Shown here one piece after another: positions 8,294-16,939 of a DNA stretch of 32,000 bases; positions within the stretch are counted from its first letter, which is position 1; each line of letters starts with the position of its first letter. The position numbers and the translations under genes were made by a program. The notes beneath the pieces were generated by a model that saw only the letters and a list, made by a program, of their open reading frames with translations, had not been told where the DNA came from and did no database searches. The stretch is taken from assembly GCA_963931495.1 (NCBI GenBank), contig OZ007020.1:120001-152000 (forward strand), written 5' to 3'. This stretch comes from an uncultured Alphaproteobacteria bacterium (GTDB lineage: Bacteria > Pseudomonadota > Alphaproteobacteria > Rs-D84).

Positions 8294-8746
8294 ATGATTG
8301 ACGCAAAGGGAATTGAAAAAGTTATTCCGCATCGTGGCGCGATGCGTTTAGTAGATGAAATTCGTGAATATAATGAAACCAGCGGTGTTGGTATAAAATA
8401 TGTTCGCGATGATGAATTCTGGTGCGCAGGGCATTTCCCGGACAATCCGATTATGCCGGGCGTATTGACCATTGAAGCGTTGGCACAAACGGCGTGCTTT
8501 ATCGCATTGGCCCGCATGGGGGTTACCGATGGCAAAACGTTGGGATATTTTACAACAATGGAAAAAATTAAGTTTTCACATTTTGTAAAACCGGGTGACG
8601 TATTGGAATTACACGTTGAATTAATCATGTCAAAAATGCGTTTGTACAAGTTCCATGGTATTGCGATGGTCAGTGGTAAAAAAGTTTCCGAAGCGACATT
8701 TACCGCGATTATGGATTCGCATAATCCACTGGAAAAAAATGTATAA
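8294..8746 (+). CDS. fabZ: 3-hydroxyacyl-ACP dehydratase
   Basis: Motifs IPHRGAMRLVDEI and GHFPDNPIMPGVLTIEALAQ are present. AAGGGGGA precedes the ATG. The position after lpxD is canonical. Confidence 0.93.
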   Translation: MIDAKGIEKVIPHRGAMRLVDEIREYNETSGVGIKYVRDDEFWCAGHFPDNPIMPGVLTIEALAQTACFIALARMGVTDGKTLGYFTTMEKIKFSHFVKPGDVLELHVELIMSKMRLYKFHGIAMVSGKKVSEATFTAIMDSHNPLEKNV

Positions 8747-8773
8747 CAAATACCATTGGTATTTTTACAGAAT

Positions 8774-8801
8774 AAAAAATCCCGCGATTGCGGGATTTTT
8801 T
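8774..8801. terminator. Bidirectional Rho-independent terminator (fabZ / TPR gene)
   Basis: AAAAAATCCCGC-GATT-GCGGGATTTTTT: a 7-bp GC-rich stem with a 4-nt loop, flanked by an A-run and a T-run. Confidence 0.75.
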
Positions 8802-8814
8802 ATTACATAATACA

Positions 8815-9810
8815 TTATTGTTGTTGTAATCCAGCGATTACGCCTTGGATTCTTTCCATACTGGCAGAATCCGCCAGCGCCGCCGCAATTGTATATGCAG
8901 ATTCCAAATCACTGCGGGCCGCCGCCACATTTCCAAGCCCCAGATTCAATGCCGCAGATTTTTCAAAATACGACATCGCCATACTGGACAAGTTTTCGCG
9001 TGCAGACACAGATGTCGCACCCTGGATTTGTTCGGATATTACACGAACCGCGGATGCATAATCATCAATTGCCGATGTATAATTGCCCAATGCGGTATAC
9101 GCTTCGGCGCGTTCGGCATAGACAGTTGGGCTGACCACGCCATCCGGACGTGCAAGTGAATTTGTGTAATCTGCGATTGCACCCTGCCAATTTTTTAACC
9201 ACAGGTTTAATTGACCACGTTTGGCATACAAATCACGCATTTGCAAAACGTCTGTGGGATTGGCTGTTTGGGCCGCCAATGCGTTATTTATATCACTTAA
9301 TGCGGATGCATAATCTTCCAATCGCATATTTAACAGTGCGCGATCATAATATGCGATTGCATTCATTGAATCGCGTTCAATCGCCGTGTTAAAATCGTCC
9401 AGCGCATGCCGGAAATCAGACAATTGCATATACGCTTCGCCACGCAAAATATATGAATTTATATCCGCATTTCCCGAATCAATCGCCGTTGTTAAATCCG
9501 CAATTGCACCATTAACATCACCCGCGACCAATTTGTCACGGCCACTGGCATAATAATCAGATGGTTGCAACAGCGCTTCTTCGGTGATTTCAACATTATT
9601 CGGTGTTGCATCCGTTATGATTCCATGACTGCGCCCCAAAATATAAAATGTGGCCGCAATAAAGAACAGTATTATGAACCAGTAAATATAAATCGCCAAA
9701 GAACCCCCGCCCTGCTTTGCCGGCTTGGTCGTTTTAACGGGCGCAGTGCTGCGTGGACGACCACGGGTTGTGTTTTTTGTTACATTCTGTTTGGCGGTAT
9801 TTTTTTTCAT
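8815..9810 (-). CDS. Membrane-anchored tetratricopeptide-repeat protein
   Basis: A basic N-terminus is followed by one TM helix (LAIYIYWFIILFFIAATFYIL). Repeated TPR-like units follow (A..D...AI......A.AYY.RA.....L.DY..A). AGGAAGGGAG precedes the ATG. Confidence 0.75.
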   Translation of the reverse strand: MKKNTAKQNVTKNTTRGRPRSTAPVKTTKPAKQGGGSLAIYIYWFIILFFIAATFYILGRSHGIITDATPNNVEITEEALLQPSDYYASGRDKLVAGDVNGAIADLTTAIDSGNADINSYILRGEAYMQLSDFRHALDDFNTAIERDSMNAIAYYDRALLNMRLEDYASALSDINNALAAQTANPTDVLQMRDLYAKRGQLNLWLKNWQGAIADYTNSLARPDGVVSPTVYAERAEAYTALGNYTSAIDDYASAVRVISEQIQGATSVSARENLSSMAMSYFEKSAALNLGLGNVAAARSDLESAYTIAAALADSASMERIQGVIAGLQQQ

Positions 9811-9838
9811 ATAAAACTCCCTTCCTTTAATTGGAATT

Positions 9839-10537
9839 TTAGAGAGTTTTTATCAACGCGTCAATTGTTTTCTGTTCTATTTTGCGAATTTTTCCAACAG
9901 ATAAATTTCCTAGTTCAATCGGCCCGAATGATATGCGATGCAGTTTTATTACTGGGCATCCGCATGCGCGCAGCACAATACGTATTTCGTTCTTTTTTCC
10001 TTCGTCCACAGTTACACGTAATACATTATCAGAAACGTGCACAATTTGCATTGGACGATATCGTACACCATCAACTGTCACACCGCGCGTGGCACGCGTC
10101 AATCCGTGTTCATCAATATTTGATACAGTTGCCAAATACGTTCGCGCAATATGCGATGATGGCAATGTCATGCGACGGGCCAACATGCCATCGTTTGTCA
10201 TCAATAATAACCCTGTGGTTTTATAATCCAGCCGTCCGATATACTTCAAATTTTTATACCCATCCGGCAATACATCATAAATTGTTCGGCGCCCCAATGG
10301 GTCACGCGTTGTTGTCATTGTATTAATCGGCTTGTGAAACGCATACAGCACGGTTTCGCCATGTCGCGATATGCGTTTGCCATCAACCATAACAACATCA
10401 TTTGATTCAACAAAAAACACCGGGGTTGTAATGATTTCGCCATTTACAGAAACATGGCCATGCGCAATTAAATCTTCGGCACCGCGGCGCGACGCGATAC
10501 CAGAATCAGAAATAAATTTTGCAATTCTTGTTTTCAT
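9839..10537 (-). CDS. RsuA/RluB-family rRNA pseudouridine synthase (S4 domain + catalytic domain)
   Basis: An S4-like N-terminus (IAKFISDSGIASRRGAEDLIAHGHVSVNG) and the catalytic motif GRLDYKTTGLLLMTNDG are present. The start overlaps the rsmE stop (ATGA). Confidence 0.85.
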   Translation of the reverse strand: MKTRIAKFISDSGIASRRGAEDLIAHGHVSVNGEIITTPVFFVESNDVVMVDGKRISRHGETVLYAFHKPINTMTTTRDPLGRRTIYDVLPDGYKNLKYIGRLDYKTTGLLLMTNDGMLARRMTLPSSHIARTYLATVSNIDEHGLTRATRGVTVDGVRYRPMQIVHVSDNVLRVTVDEGKKNEIRIVLRACGCPVIKLHRISFGPIELGNLSVGKIRKIEQKTIDALIKTL

Positions 10538-11190
10538 TGTAACATCCGACTGACCGCGATGGCCGCCGCCAATTCGGCGCGTAATATTGTTTTTCCCAAT
10601 CCAATTCCAATCGCGCCCGATGCATCCAATGCCGCAAATTCACGGTCGGAAAATCCGCCTTCGGGTCCAATTAAAATTTGCGTTGTGCCACGCGCATCAC
10701 CCGGCAATTCAGCCCCATATGCCGCACGTTCATCGGCAAAGGCAATATGCGATAAATCAATTTCATCAAATTTTTTAATTGGCAATATTTTTGGCACACT
10801 GTTACGATTTGATTGTTCGGCACTTTCGGTTACTATCTTTTCCATACGTGCCCAATTTATGTGATTTGCAACCGTTCGTTCAGTAATTACCGGCTGGAAC
10901 CCAGATACCCCCATCTGGGTCGCCATATTCAGTAAATCATCTGTTTTTTTAATTGGCGAAAACAAAACAGTAATATTGTTTGATGGGTCTGGATGCGATG
11001 TTGTTTCACCAATCATTATTGTTTTATTGTCGTCCGACAGCATCGCGTTATATTCTGTGCCACCACCAAATGCCAAAAAATCATGCCGACGCATTACGCG
11101 CGTCAAATAATGCACCACATCATGTGGGGCCGATATTGACATGCCTGTCATAATATTATCGCATAAAAATATACGCGGGATATTTTTCAT
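10534..11190 (-). CDS. rsmE: 16S rRNA (uracil1498-N3)-methyltransferase
   Basis: The RsmE C-terminal SPOUT motif LIGPEGGFSDREF and the ending GKTILRAELAA are present. Size is 218 aa. Confidence 0.8.
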   Translation of the reverse strand: MKNIPRIFLCDNIMTGMSISAPHDVVHYLTRVMRRHDFLAFGGGTEYNAMLSDDNKTIMIGETTSHPDPSNNITVLFSPIKKTDDLLNMATQMGVSGFQPVITERTVANHINWARMEKIVTESAEQSNRNSVPKILPIKKFDEIDLSHIAFADERAAYGAELPGDARGTTQILIGPEGGFSDREFAALDASGAIGIGLGKTILRAELAAAIAVSRMLQ

Positions 11191-11209
11191 AAACTTTTAT
11201 ATTTCCTGA

Positions 11210-11238
11210 TTTATAATCGGGTAAAAATCTGATATAAT
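11210..11238 (+). promoter_or_regulatory. Putative extended -10 promoter of the coupling-protein gene
   Basis: TGATATAAT lies at 11230-11238, and TTTATA lies 17 nt upstream. The ATG at 11248 is only 9 nt downstream and has no Shine-Dalgarno, so the mRNA would be near-leaderless. Confidence 0.35.
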
Positions 11239-11247
11239 CATAACACA

Positions 11248-13470
11248 ATGGTTGAAAAGTTCAAGATTTTATCCGCCGGTGGCAAATCCAAGGGGCTGAA
11301 TATATTCAAATCCAGCGCATATAAAGAAACTATGCGCAACCCGATGGCGTCACTGTTCTGGTCAATGCGGTGGGCCATTGGGATATGGATTATTTGTGCG
11401 ATTGCGTTTGGTGCATCTTTTATCATTGAACATATATGGCGATATGGGTGGTCACCGGCAACAGCACATTGGATATCACTGTATCTGCACAATATGTTAA
11501 CCAGTTGCGGTTTGTCGGTTATTGCGGAAATACCGTCGTGGTTTGTTCGTACGTTGATGCATACTGATTTTGCGTGCATGACGCCACTGTTACCGATAAT
11601 TGCATACTTTTTTATGGCGGACAGCACTTTGATTAAAGAATTCAACCCGTACAGCAGCGATAAACTTGATGACAAATCATCAAACAAAGCGACCAAGGAA
11701 GATATTGAAAAAATGGGACTGTTAAAGGGATTCATGATGGTTTTGGGGTATTTCAAGAAAAAGCCATTAATGATGAACGAATGTCTGTCTGCGTTGTGTT
11801 TGGCGCCCCCGGGAACCGGTAAAACCTACGGCGTTGTATTACCAACAATTTTTGAATGCAATAATGTTTCAATGATTGTCAACGACCCAAAGCCAGAATT
11901 GTATCAAAATTCATCTGCATACCGTTCAACCATTGGACCGGTGTTTATTATGAACTGGGCGGGGCAAGATGACCCAGAACGTGGAATATACTATCCATCG
12001 TGGAATCCGCTGTCACCGGAACACGTACCATTCAATTCAGAACAACGCGACTTGTATGTTGATTCAATTTGCAATGTTTTAATCGCAGATAAAACGTCAT
12101 CATCAGCAGATCCACACTGGACCATTTCTGGGCGCGCGGCGTTGTCTGGACTGATTCAGTTTATGTTGTCCAAGGTGGAACGTGCACGGGCCGATGATTA
12201 TTTCTATGCCCGCATCACATCCGGAACGTTTGATTCAGATGATGCCGCCGTGTTGGGGGATTATTATCTGTCTATGATGAACAACCCGAATGCATATGCC
12301 GCACATGCGTTGTTACAACGCGGCGAATTAAATGCGATGAATTATGTCCATGTCGGAACATGGGATAATATTCCCGACGCATGGCGTGGACACGAAGCAT
12401 CACTGTCCATGATTTTGGATTGGATTAACGCCAGTCAAATTACAATGGCCCAACAAATGGAAGAACGACGCCGTGCCGGGGATCAAATGGTGATGATGGC
12501 CGATCCTATGCATGATTTATTTATGAATGCGGTGGATGAAGCACGCCAATATTCATACGCACATCGTGCAATATTAGAATTAACACAACTGGCAAATACG
12601 CCGGACAAAGAACGCGGTTCTATTATTTCCACAGTAATGGCCGGATTATCAATATTCCGTAACGCGGCGGTACGTAATCGCACCAGTCATTCAGACTTTC
12701 ACTTTGCGGATTTACGCGGACTGCGCGATCCGCGCGATGGCAAAGTAAAGCCAGTAACCGTATATCTGTCAATAAACATGGTTGATGCCGAAGCATTAAA
12801 TCCAATTACCGGGATATTCATTGAATTAATGACGGATTTCTTGTTATCAAATCCACCCGAAGGAATGCATGACGGCGAACGACTGGGGCCGTATCCAGTG
12901 CTGTTTGTACTGGACGAAATGCCGAAAATGCAAAAATTACAGGCCGTGATTCAGGGACCGGACCTGGGGCGGGGACAAAAAGTATCTTATCTGATTATTG
13001 GCCAGGATATTCACCAGATTCAGGAAAAATATGGTGCAGATGCCGCCGCAACAATTATATCTACGACAGCGGCAAAAATCGTACTGCGTCAAAATGATCC
13101 TGATACAGCAACACGGTTTTCTGAAATGATGGGGCACAAAATCAAAATAAAAACTGTCAAAGGGCCCGATGGTAAAGATAAAGAAGAAAAATCCGAAGAA
13201 TTACTATACACACCAATGGACATAATGAAACTGGACGATAAAAAACAACTGGTTATATTCCAGGGATGGTATCATCGCCCGATTGAGGCAGACAAACAAA
13301 TGGCATTTAATGACCCACGATTGGCTGGATACATGGCCATGGGCGCATGCAGCCCGTTGCCAGAATTTTTAATCCCATCACATCATGCTGCATTGGGATA
13401 TTCAGGCAAACCACGTATGTACATTCCACAAACCAAAGAAATCAAAGACTTAGAACCCGTGGCAAAATAA
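11248..13470 (+). CDS. Type IV secretion coupling protein (TraG/VirD4 family ATPase), 740 aa
   Basis: The N-terminal region has hydrophobic helices (WAIGIWIICAIAFGASFII; TPLLPIIAYFFM). The Walker A context is LCLAPPGTGKTYGVVLPTIFECNNVSMIVNDPKPELY. The Walker B is VLFVLDEMPKM, followed by GRGQKVSYLIIGQDIHQI. The start is uncertain (11248, or the internal Met at MRNPMASL). Confidence 0.85.
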   Translation: MVEKFKILSAGGKSKGLNIFKSSAYKETMRNPMASLFWSMRWAIGIWIICAIAFGASFIIEHIWRYGWSPATAHWISLYLHNMLTSCGLSVIAEIPSWFVRTLMHTDFACMTPLLPIIAYFFMADSTLIKEFNPYSSDKLDDKSSNKATKEDIEKMGLLKGFMMVLGYFKKKPLMMNECLSALCLAPPGTGKTYGVVLPTIFECNNVSMIVNDPKPELYQNSSAYRSTIGPVFIMNWAGQDDPERGIYYPSWNPLSPEHVPFNSEQRDLYVDSICNVLIADKTSSSADPHWTISGRAALSGLIQFMLSKVERARADDYFYARITSGTFDSDDAAVLGDYYLSMMNNPNAYAAHALLQRGELNAMNYVHVGTWDNIPDAWRGHEASLSMILDWINASQITMAQQMEERRRAGDQMVMMADPMHDLFMNAVDEARQYSYAHRAILELTQLANTPDKERGSIISTVMAGLSIFRNAAVRNRTSHSDFHFADLRGLRDPRDGKVKPVTVYLSINMVDAEALNPITGIFIELMTDFLLSNPPEGMHDGERLGPYPVLFVLDEMPKMQKLQAVIQGPDLGRGQKVSYLIIGQDIHQIQEKYGADAAATIISTTAAKIVLRQNDPDTATRFSEMMGHKIKIKTVKGPDGKDKEEKSEELLYTPMDIMKLDDKKQLVIFQGWYHRPIEADKQMAFNDPRLAGYMAMGACSPLPEFLIPSHHAALGYSGKPRMYIPQTKEIKDLEPVAK

Positions 13471-13472
13471 AC

Positions 13473-14513
13473 TTAAAAACTTAATCTTAATCCGGCGGCG
13501 ATAAATGGTGTTTCTGTGGTCACACCCCCCGATATCCACAGGTCAATATTTTCGTTATATTTATACCGAAATGACGCAATTGCCGTATGATCCATATAAT
13601 CATCCACATCGCGATTCCATATGCCTGTATCAGAAAATATGTATGTTAATGACACACTGTAATTCAAAATATCATAACTGACCCCGGCACCGGCCGCCAA
13701 GCCATCTGATACGCGCCCAATCGGATTTTCATCATATATCAAACGCCCGGTTAATCCGAACATCCAACTGTTATATTGCACATTAATACCACCAGATACC
13801 TGGGCACGCCAATCCGCAGTTACGCGTGGGGTGTATGCATCCGTACGATATTCATTGGGATGCGACATAAACGATGCGCCAAATGCATATGCGGCCTTTA
13901 TCTTGCCAGACGGCTGGCGAATCTTTATTCCGATATCTGTGGCATAATCATAGTGATGCGCCAATCCTGATACAGATAATCCGTATTGCGCGCCATTAAT
14001 TGAAACACTGGCAATATTTATGCGTGGCGCACTGCGCCCGGTGGTAAGTGTTGTATCCGATATAACCGGACCATCTGGGGTAATTTGTTTATAAAACAGC
14101 GGCTTATCATTAACGCGTAACCCACCGACATCTGGTAATCCAACCCCCAGTTTGCGCGCAATTGAATCTGTGAATCCGATTTCCAGACGGCCAAAATCAT
14201 TATTTTGCCAATATCCAAATACTTCGCGAAAGAATTTATCTTCGTCAATCGCCGCGGCGTCAATTGCATAAACAGCACCAATTGAATTTACATCGGCAAA
14301 CTTGTACGCCGCCGCACCACGCACCCGCCAATCACCAACAAAATCAGGGCGTTCAAAATCGGGTTCTAAAATACCAATTGTGCCGTATCCCGTCAGCCCC
14401 AATGATACATCGTCTGATTCATATTTTAATTCAACACCGTGGGCCGGCAACGTCAACAATCCAATCACACATAAAAATTGTGTCCCCAAAACAGGACGCA
14501 TAAAACGTTTCAT
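13473..14513 (-). CDS. Outer-membrane beta-barrel porin-like protein
   Basis: The signal peptide is MKRFMRPVLGTQFLCVIGLLTLPAHG|VE. The sequence alternates amphipathic Gly/Tyr/aromatic-rich beta-strand patterns. The C-terminus is the OMP signature ...GLRLSF. Confidence 0.7.
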   Translation of the reverse strand: MKRFMRPVLGTQFLCVIGLLTLPAHGVELKYESDDVSLGLTGYGTIGILEPDFERPDFVGDWRVRGAAAYKFADVNSIGAVYAIDAAAIDEDKFFREVFGYWQNNDFGRLEIGFTDSIARKLGVGLPDVGGLRVNDKPLFYKQITPDGPVISDTTLTTGRSAPRINIASVSINGAQYGLSVSGLAHHYDYATDIGIKIRQPSGKIKAAYAFGASFMSHPNEYRTDAYTPRVTADWRAQVSGGINVQYNSWMFGLTGRLIYDENPIGRVSDGLAAGAGVSYDILNYSVSLTYIFSDTGIWNRDVDDYMDHTAIASFRYKYNENIDLWISGGVTTETPFIAAGLRLSF

Positions 14514-14518
14514 ATGAC

Positions 14519-15427
14519 TTAATCCTGGGTTTCTTTTAATATTGCATCACGCAGTTTGTTGTATGCGCGTTCTTCTATCTGTCGTACACGTTCGCGCGAA
14601 ATTCCGTATTTTTGCGATAAAGATTCCAATGTTGCAACCGGATCAGATAATCGCCGCGCGGTTAATATTGCCCGATCACGTTCAGGTAATTTTTCCAGAT
14701 TTTTTCGTAACAGTTCATATCCGCGACTGCGAAATTCCATTTGTTCAATACTGTCTTGTATACTGTTCTGTTCGTCCGGCATATTGGACAGCATATCATT
14801 ATTATCATCATCAGAACGCACCGGCGCATTCAGTGACACATCACGCGCCGACATGCGCGTTGACATGCGACGAACGTCATTTTCAGAAACATTCAGATAA
14901 TCTGCAATTTGTTTTGTCTGGTCATCCGACAGATTGCCATCCATTATCCCCAGTGCCCGACGCGCGCGGGATAAATTAAAAAATACACGTTTCTGGTTTG
15001 CCGATGTACCAATCTTTACAATTGACCAGTTTTGCAGAATTGTTTCGTATATTTCGGCACGAATCCAAAACATCGCATATGTTGAAAAACGAAAGCCCTT
15101 TTCAGGGTCAAATTTTTGTAATGCCTGCATCAGGCCCATATTACCACTGGCAATCAATTCACCAAACGGTACGCCATAGTTACGAAAATCATACGCAACC
15201 GATACAACCATGCGCAAATGGCTGGCCACCAGTTTTTCCGCCGCGACTTCGTCATGATTTTTTACCCATTTTGTGGCATAATCATATTCTTCTTCGGCCG
15301 ACAAAATCGGGAATTTTTGTATATTTTGGATATACTGGCCCAGACTGGTTTCGTCATTAACCCCACGGGCCGCAACCAACGTCTGGTTTTGTGTAACTGG
15401 TAAAGCGTTCTTGATTTGCTTTTTCAT
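14519..15427 (-). CDS. rpoH: RNA polymerase sigma-32 (heat-shock) factor
   Basis: Sigma70 regions 2-4 are present, plus the RpoH box LQNWSIVKIGTSANQKRVFFNLSRARRAL (compare E. coli QRKLFFNLRK). Size is 302 aa. Confidence 0.9.
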   Translation of the reverse strand: MKKQIKNALPVTQNQTLVAARGVNDETSLGQYIQNIQKFPILSAEEEYDYATKWVKNHDEVAAEKLVASHLRMVVSVAYDFRNYGVPFGELIASGNMGLMQALQKFDPEKGFRFSTYAMFWIRAEIYETILQNWSIVKIGTSANQKRVFFNLSRARRALGIMDGNLSDDQTKQIADYLNVSENDVRRMSTRMSARDVSLNAPVRSDDDNNDMLSNMPDEQNSIQDSIEQMEFRSRGYELLRKNLEKLPERDRAILTARRLSDPVATLESLSQKYGISRERVRQIEERAYNKLRDAILKETQD

Positions 15428-15492
15428 AACTTTTATAGTATAGCAATAAAATAAGATTTATCAAGGTACCAAATAAAACAGGAGATTTTTTC

Positions 15493-16143
15493 ATGGCATC
15501 CATTTTGGAAAGAAATAAAAAATTAACCCAAAAGAAAAAAACACGCGCAGACTATGCCGAAGACGCCCTGTATCGCGAAGTGTGGGAAGAAGTTAATAAT
15601 GAAAAAACAATGGCATTCGTTAAAAAATATTCACGGTATATTGTGGCGACGGCGTTGGTAATCCTGATTATCACAACCGCAATCACAATTGGGGTACGTA
15701 CATATCGCGGACACAAAATGGCAATCGCAGAAACATATGAAACAGCCGCACTGAAAATGGATGCAGATATGTTAAATGCGGTCGCCGAAAATACCAGTGG
15801 CGCAACAGGTGACCTGGCCCTGTTCCAGGCATATATGCTGGATGGTGACATTGAAAAACTGGAACGATTGGCCAATAATGGCGATGCACGCGATTTTCGT
15901 GACTTGGCACGCTTGCACATTGTTGGACTGCGTGGCGATGATATGACCGCCGCCGAAGTTGAAAAGTATTTGGCACCACTGGATACAAAAAAATCACCCT
16001 ATTACTACACCAGCCGTCTGACCGTGGCGCAAAAATACCTGGCCACGGGGGACCGGGATTCGGCAAATAAATGGCTGGATATAATCATAAATGACCCAGA
16101 TGCGCCGGCGGTAATTTCGGCCAATGCCCAGGCATTAAGATAA
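15493..16143 (+). CDS. YfgM-like membrane-anchored TPR-like protein
   Basis: An N-terminal cytoplasmic basic segment is followed by one TM helix (YIVATALVILIITTAITIGV) and a helical periplasmic domain. The position directly upstream of bamB-der mirrors the conserved yfgM-bamB-der arrangement. Confidence 0.6.
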   Translation: MASILERNKKLTQKKKTRADYAEDALYREVWEEVNNEKTMAFVKKYSRYIVATALVILIITTAITIGVRTYRGHKMAIAETYETAALKMDADMLNAVAENTSGATGDLALFQAYMLDGDIEKLERLANNGDARDFRDLARLHIVGLRGDDMTAAEVEKYLAPLDTKKSPYYYTSRLTVAQKYLATGDRDSANKWLDIIINDPDAPAVISANAQALR

Positions 16144-16158
16144 AATGGATTCAAACAC

Positions 16159-16890
16159 ATGAAAAAGTTCGTCACAATTGCATCTTGTTTGGTATTACTG
16201 GCCGCGTGTGCAGAACATGATCCGATATTGCCAGGGGTACGTACACCGGTATTCGGTGGCGATGAATTCAAAATGCTGGATACAAATGTACCAAATCTGG
16301 GGGATGAAATTGTTACCCCGGCCCCACAGGATTGCCCATATACCCAAGATTCGGAAAATATAATTTGGGACGGCGAACGCAAAATATTCAGTGGGTTTCC
16401 AATAAAAAATTCTGTGGCCAGCGCACAAACACCCGTGTGCGATAATGGGTATGTGTACGCCGGATTAACCACCGGCGAATTGGTTAAAATAAATCCCAAA
16501 AATCGTAAAATTATGTGGATTGCGGATATTTTCCGTACCAGTAATATGACCGGCGGCGCATCAATATTGGATATTATTGCGCCGATTGTTGTACGTAAAA
16601 ACGATGTATATGTCGGCGGATTGGGGGATGCGTTCTGTCGCATAAGTGCAACATCTGGGGACATAAAATGGTGTGACTGGATTGGTACTGCAATGCCATT
16701 CATTATATCCGACAATGTCGCGTTCGTAATGGGTACTGATGATTATTTGTACGCAATTCGTACATCTGATGGTGCGGTATATTGGCGCACAGAAATCGGC
16801 ATGCAATCTGAACCAAAATATAAAAACAGGGTTCTGACCGTGGGGGACATCCGTGTAAATGCCGAAAATGGCGATATCATCACAAAATAA
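16159..16890 (+). CDS. bamB: BamB-like PQQ/beta-propeller lipoprotein, unusually short (243 aa)
   Basis: The lipobox is LLAAC. Repeated blade motifs are visible: YVYAGLTTGELVKINPKNRKIMW, VYVGGLGDAFCRISATSGDIKW and YLYAIRTSDGAVYW. The synteny is with the yfgM-like gene and der. Confidence 0.6.
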   Translation: MKKFVTIASCLVLLAACAEHDPILPGVRTPVFGGDEFKMLDTNVPNLGDEIVTPAPQDCPYTQDSENIIWDGERKIFSGFPIKNSVASAQTPVCDNGYVYAGLTTGELVKINPKNRKIMWIADIFRTSNMTGGASILDIIAPIVVRKNDVYVGGLGDAFCRISATSGDIKWCDWIGTAMPFIISDNVAFVMGTDDYLYAIRTSDGAVYWRTEIGMQSEPKYKNRVLTVGDIRVNAENGDIITK

Positions 16891-16939
16891 CAACTGGATT
16901 TTTACGCGATTTTATGATATAATTGCGTACATGACTGGG

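Noticed and set aside
9565-10326. A 253-aa plus-strand ORF opposite the TPR protein and the pseudouridine synthase.
   Set aside because: It spans the boundary of two well-supported minus-strand genes, and its translation is Phe/Cys/Arg-rich without motifs.
11238-11756. A 172-aa minus-strand ORF overlapping the 5' end of the coupling-protein gene.
   Set aside because: The plus-strand frame is continuous with the conserved T4CP core and has the expected N-terminal membrane helices. The antisense ORF has no motif or ribosome-binding site.
16005-16715. A 236-aa minus-strand ORF spanning the yfgM-like/bamB junction.
   Set aside because: It crosses an intergenic spacer and two well-supported plus-strand genes, has no ribosome-binding site and has no recognisable domain. 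It is a shadow ORF.
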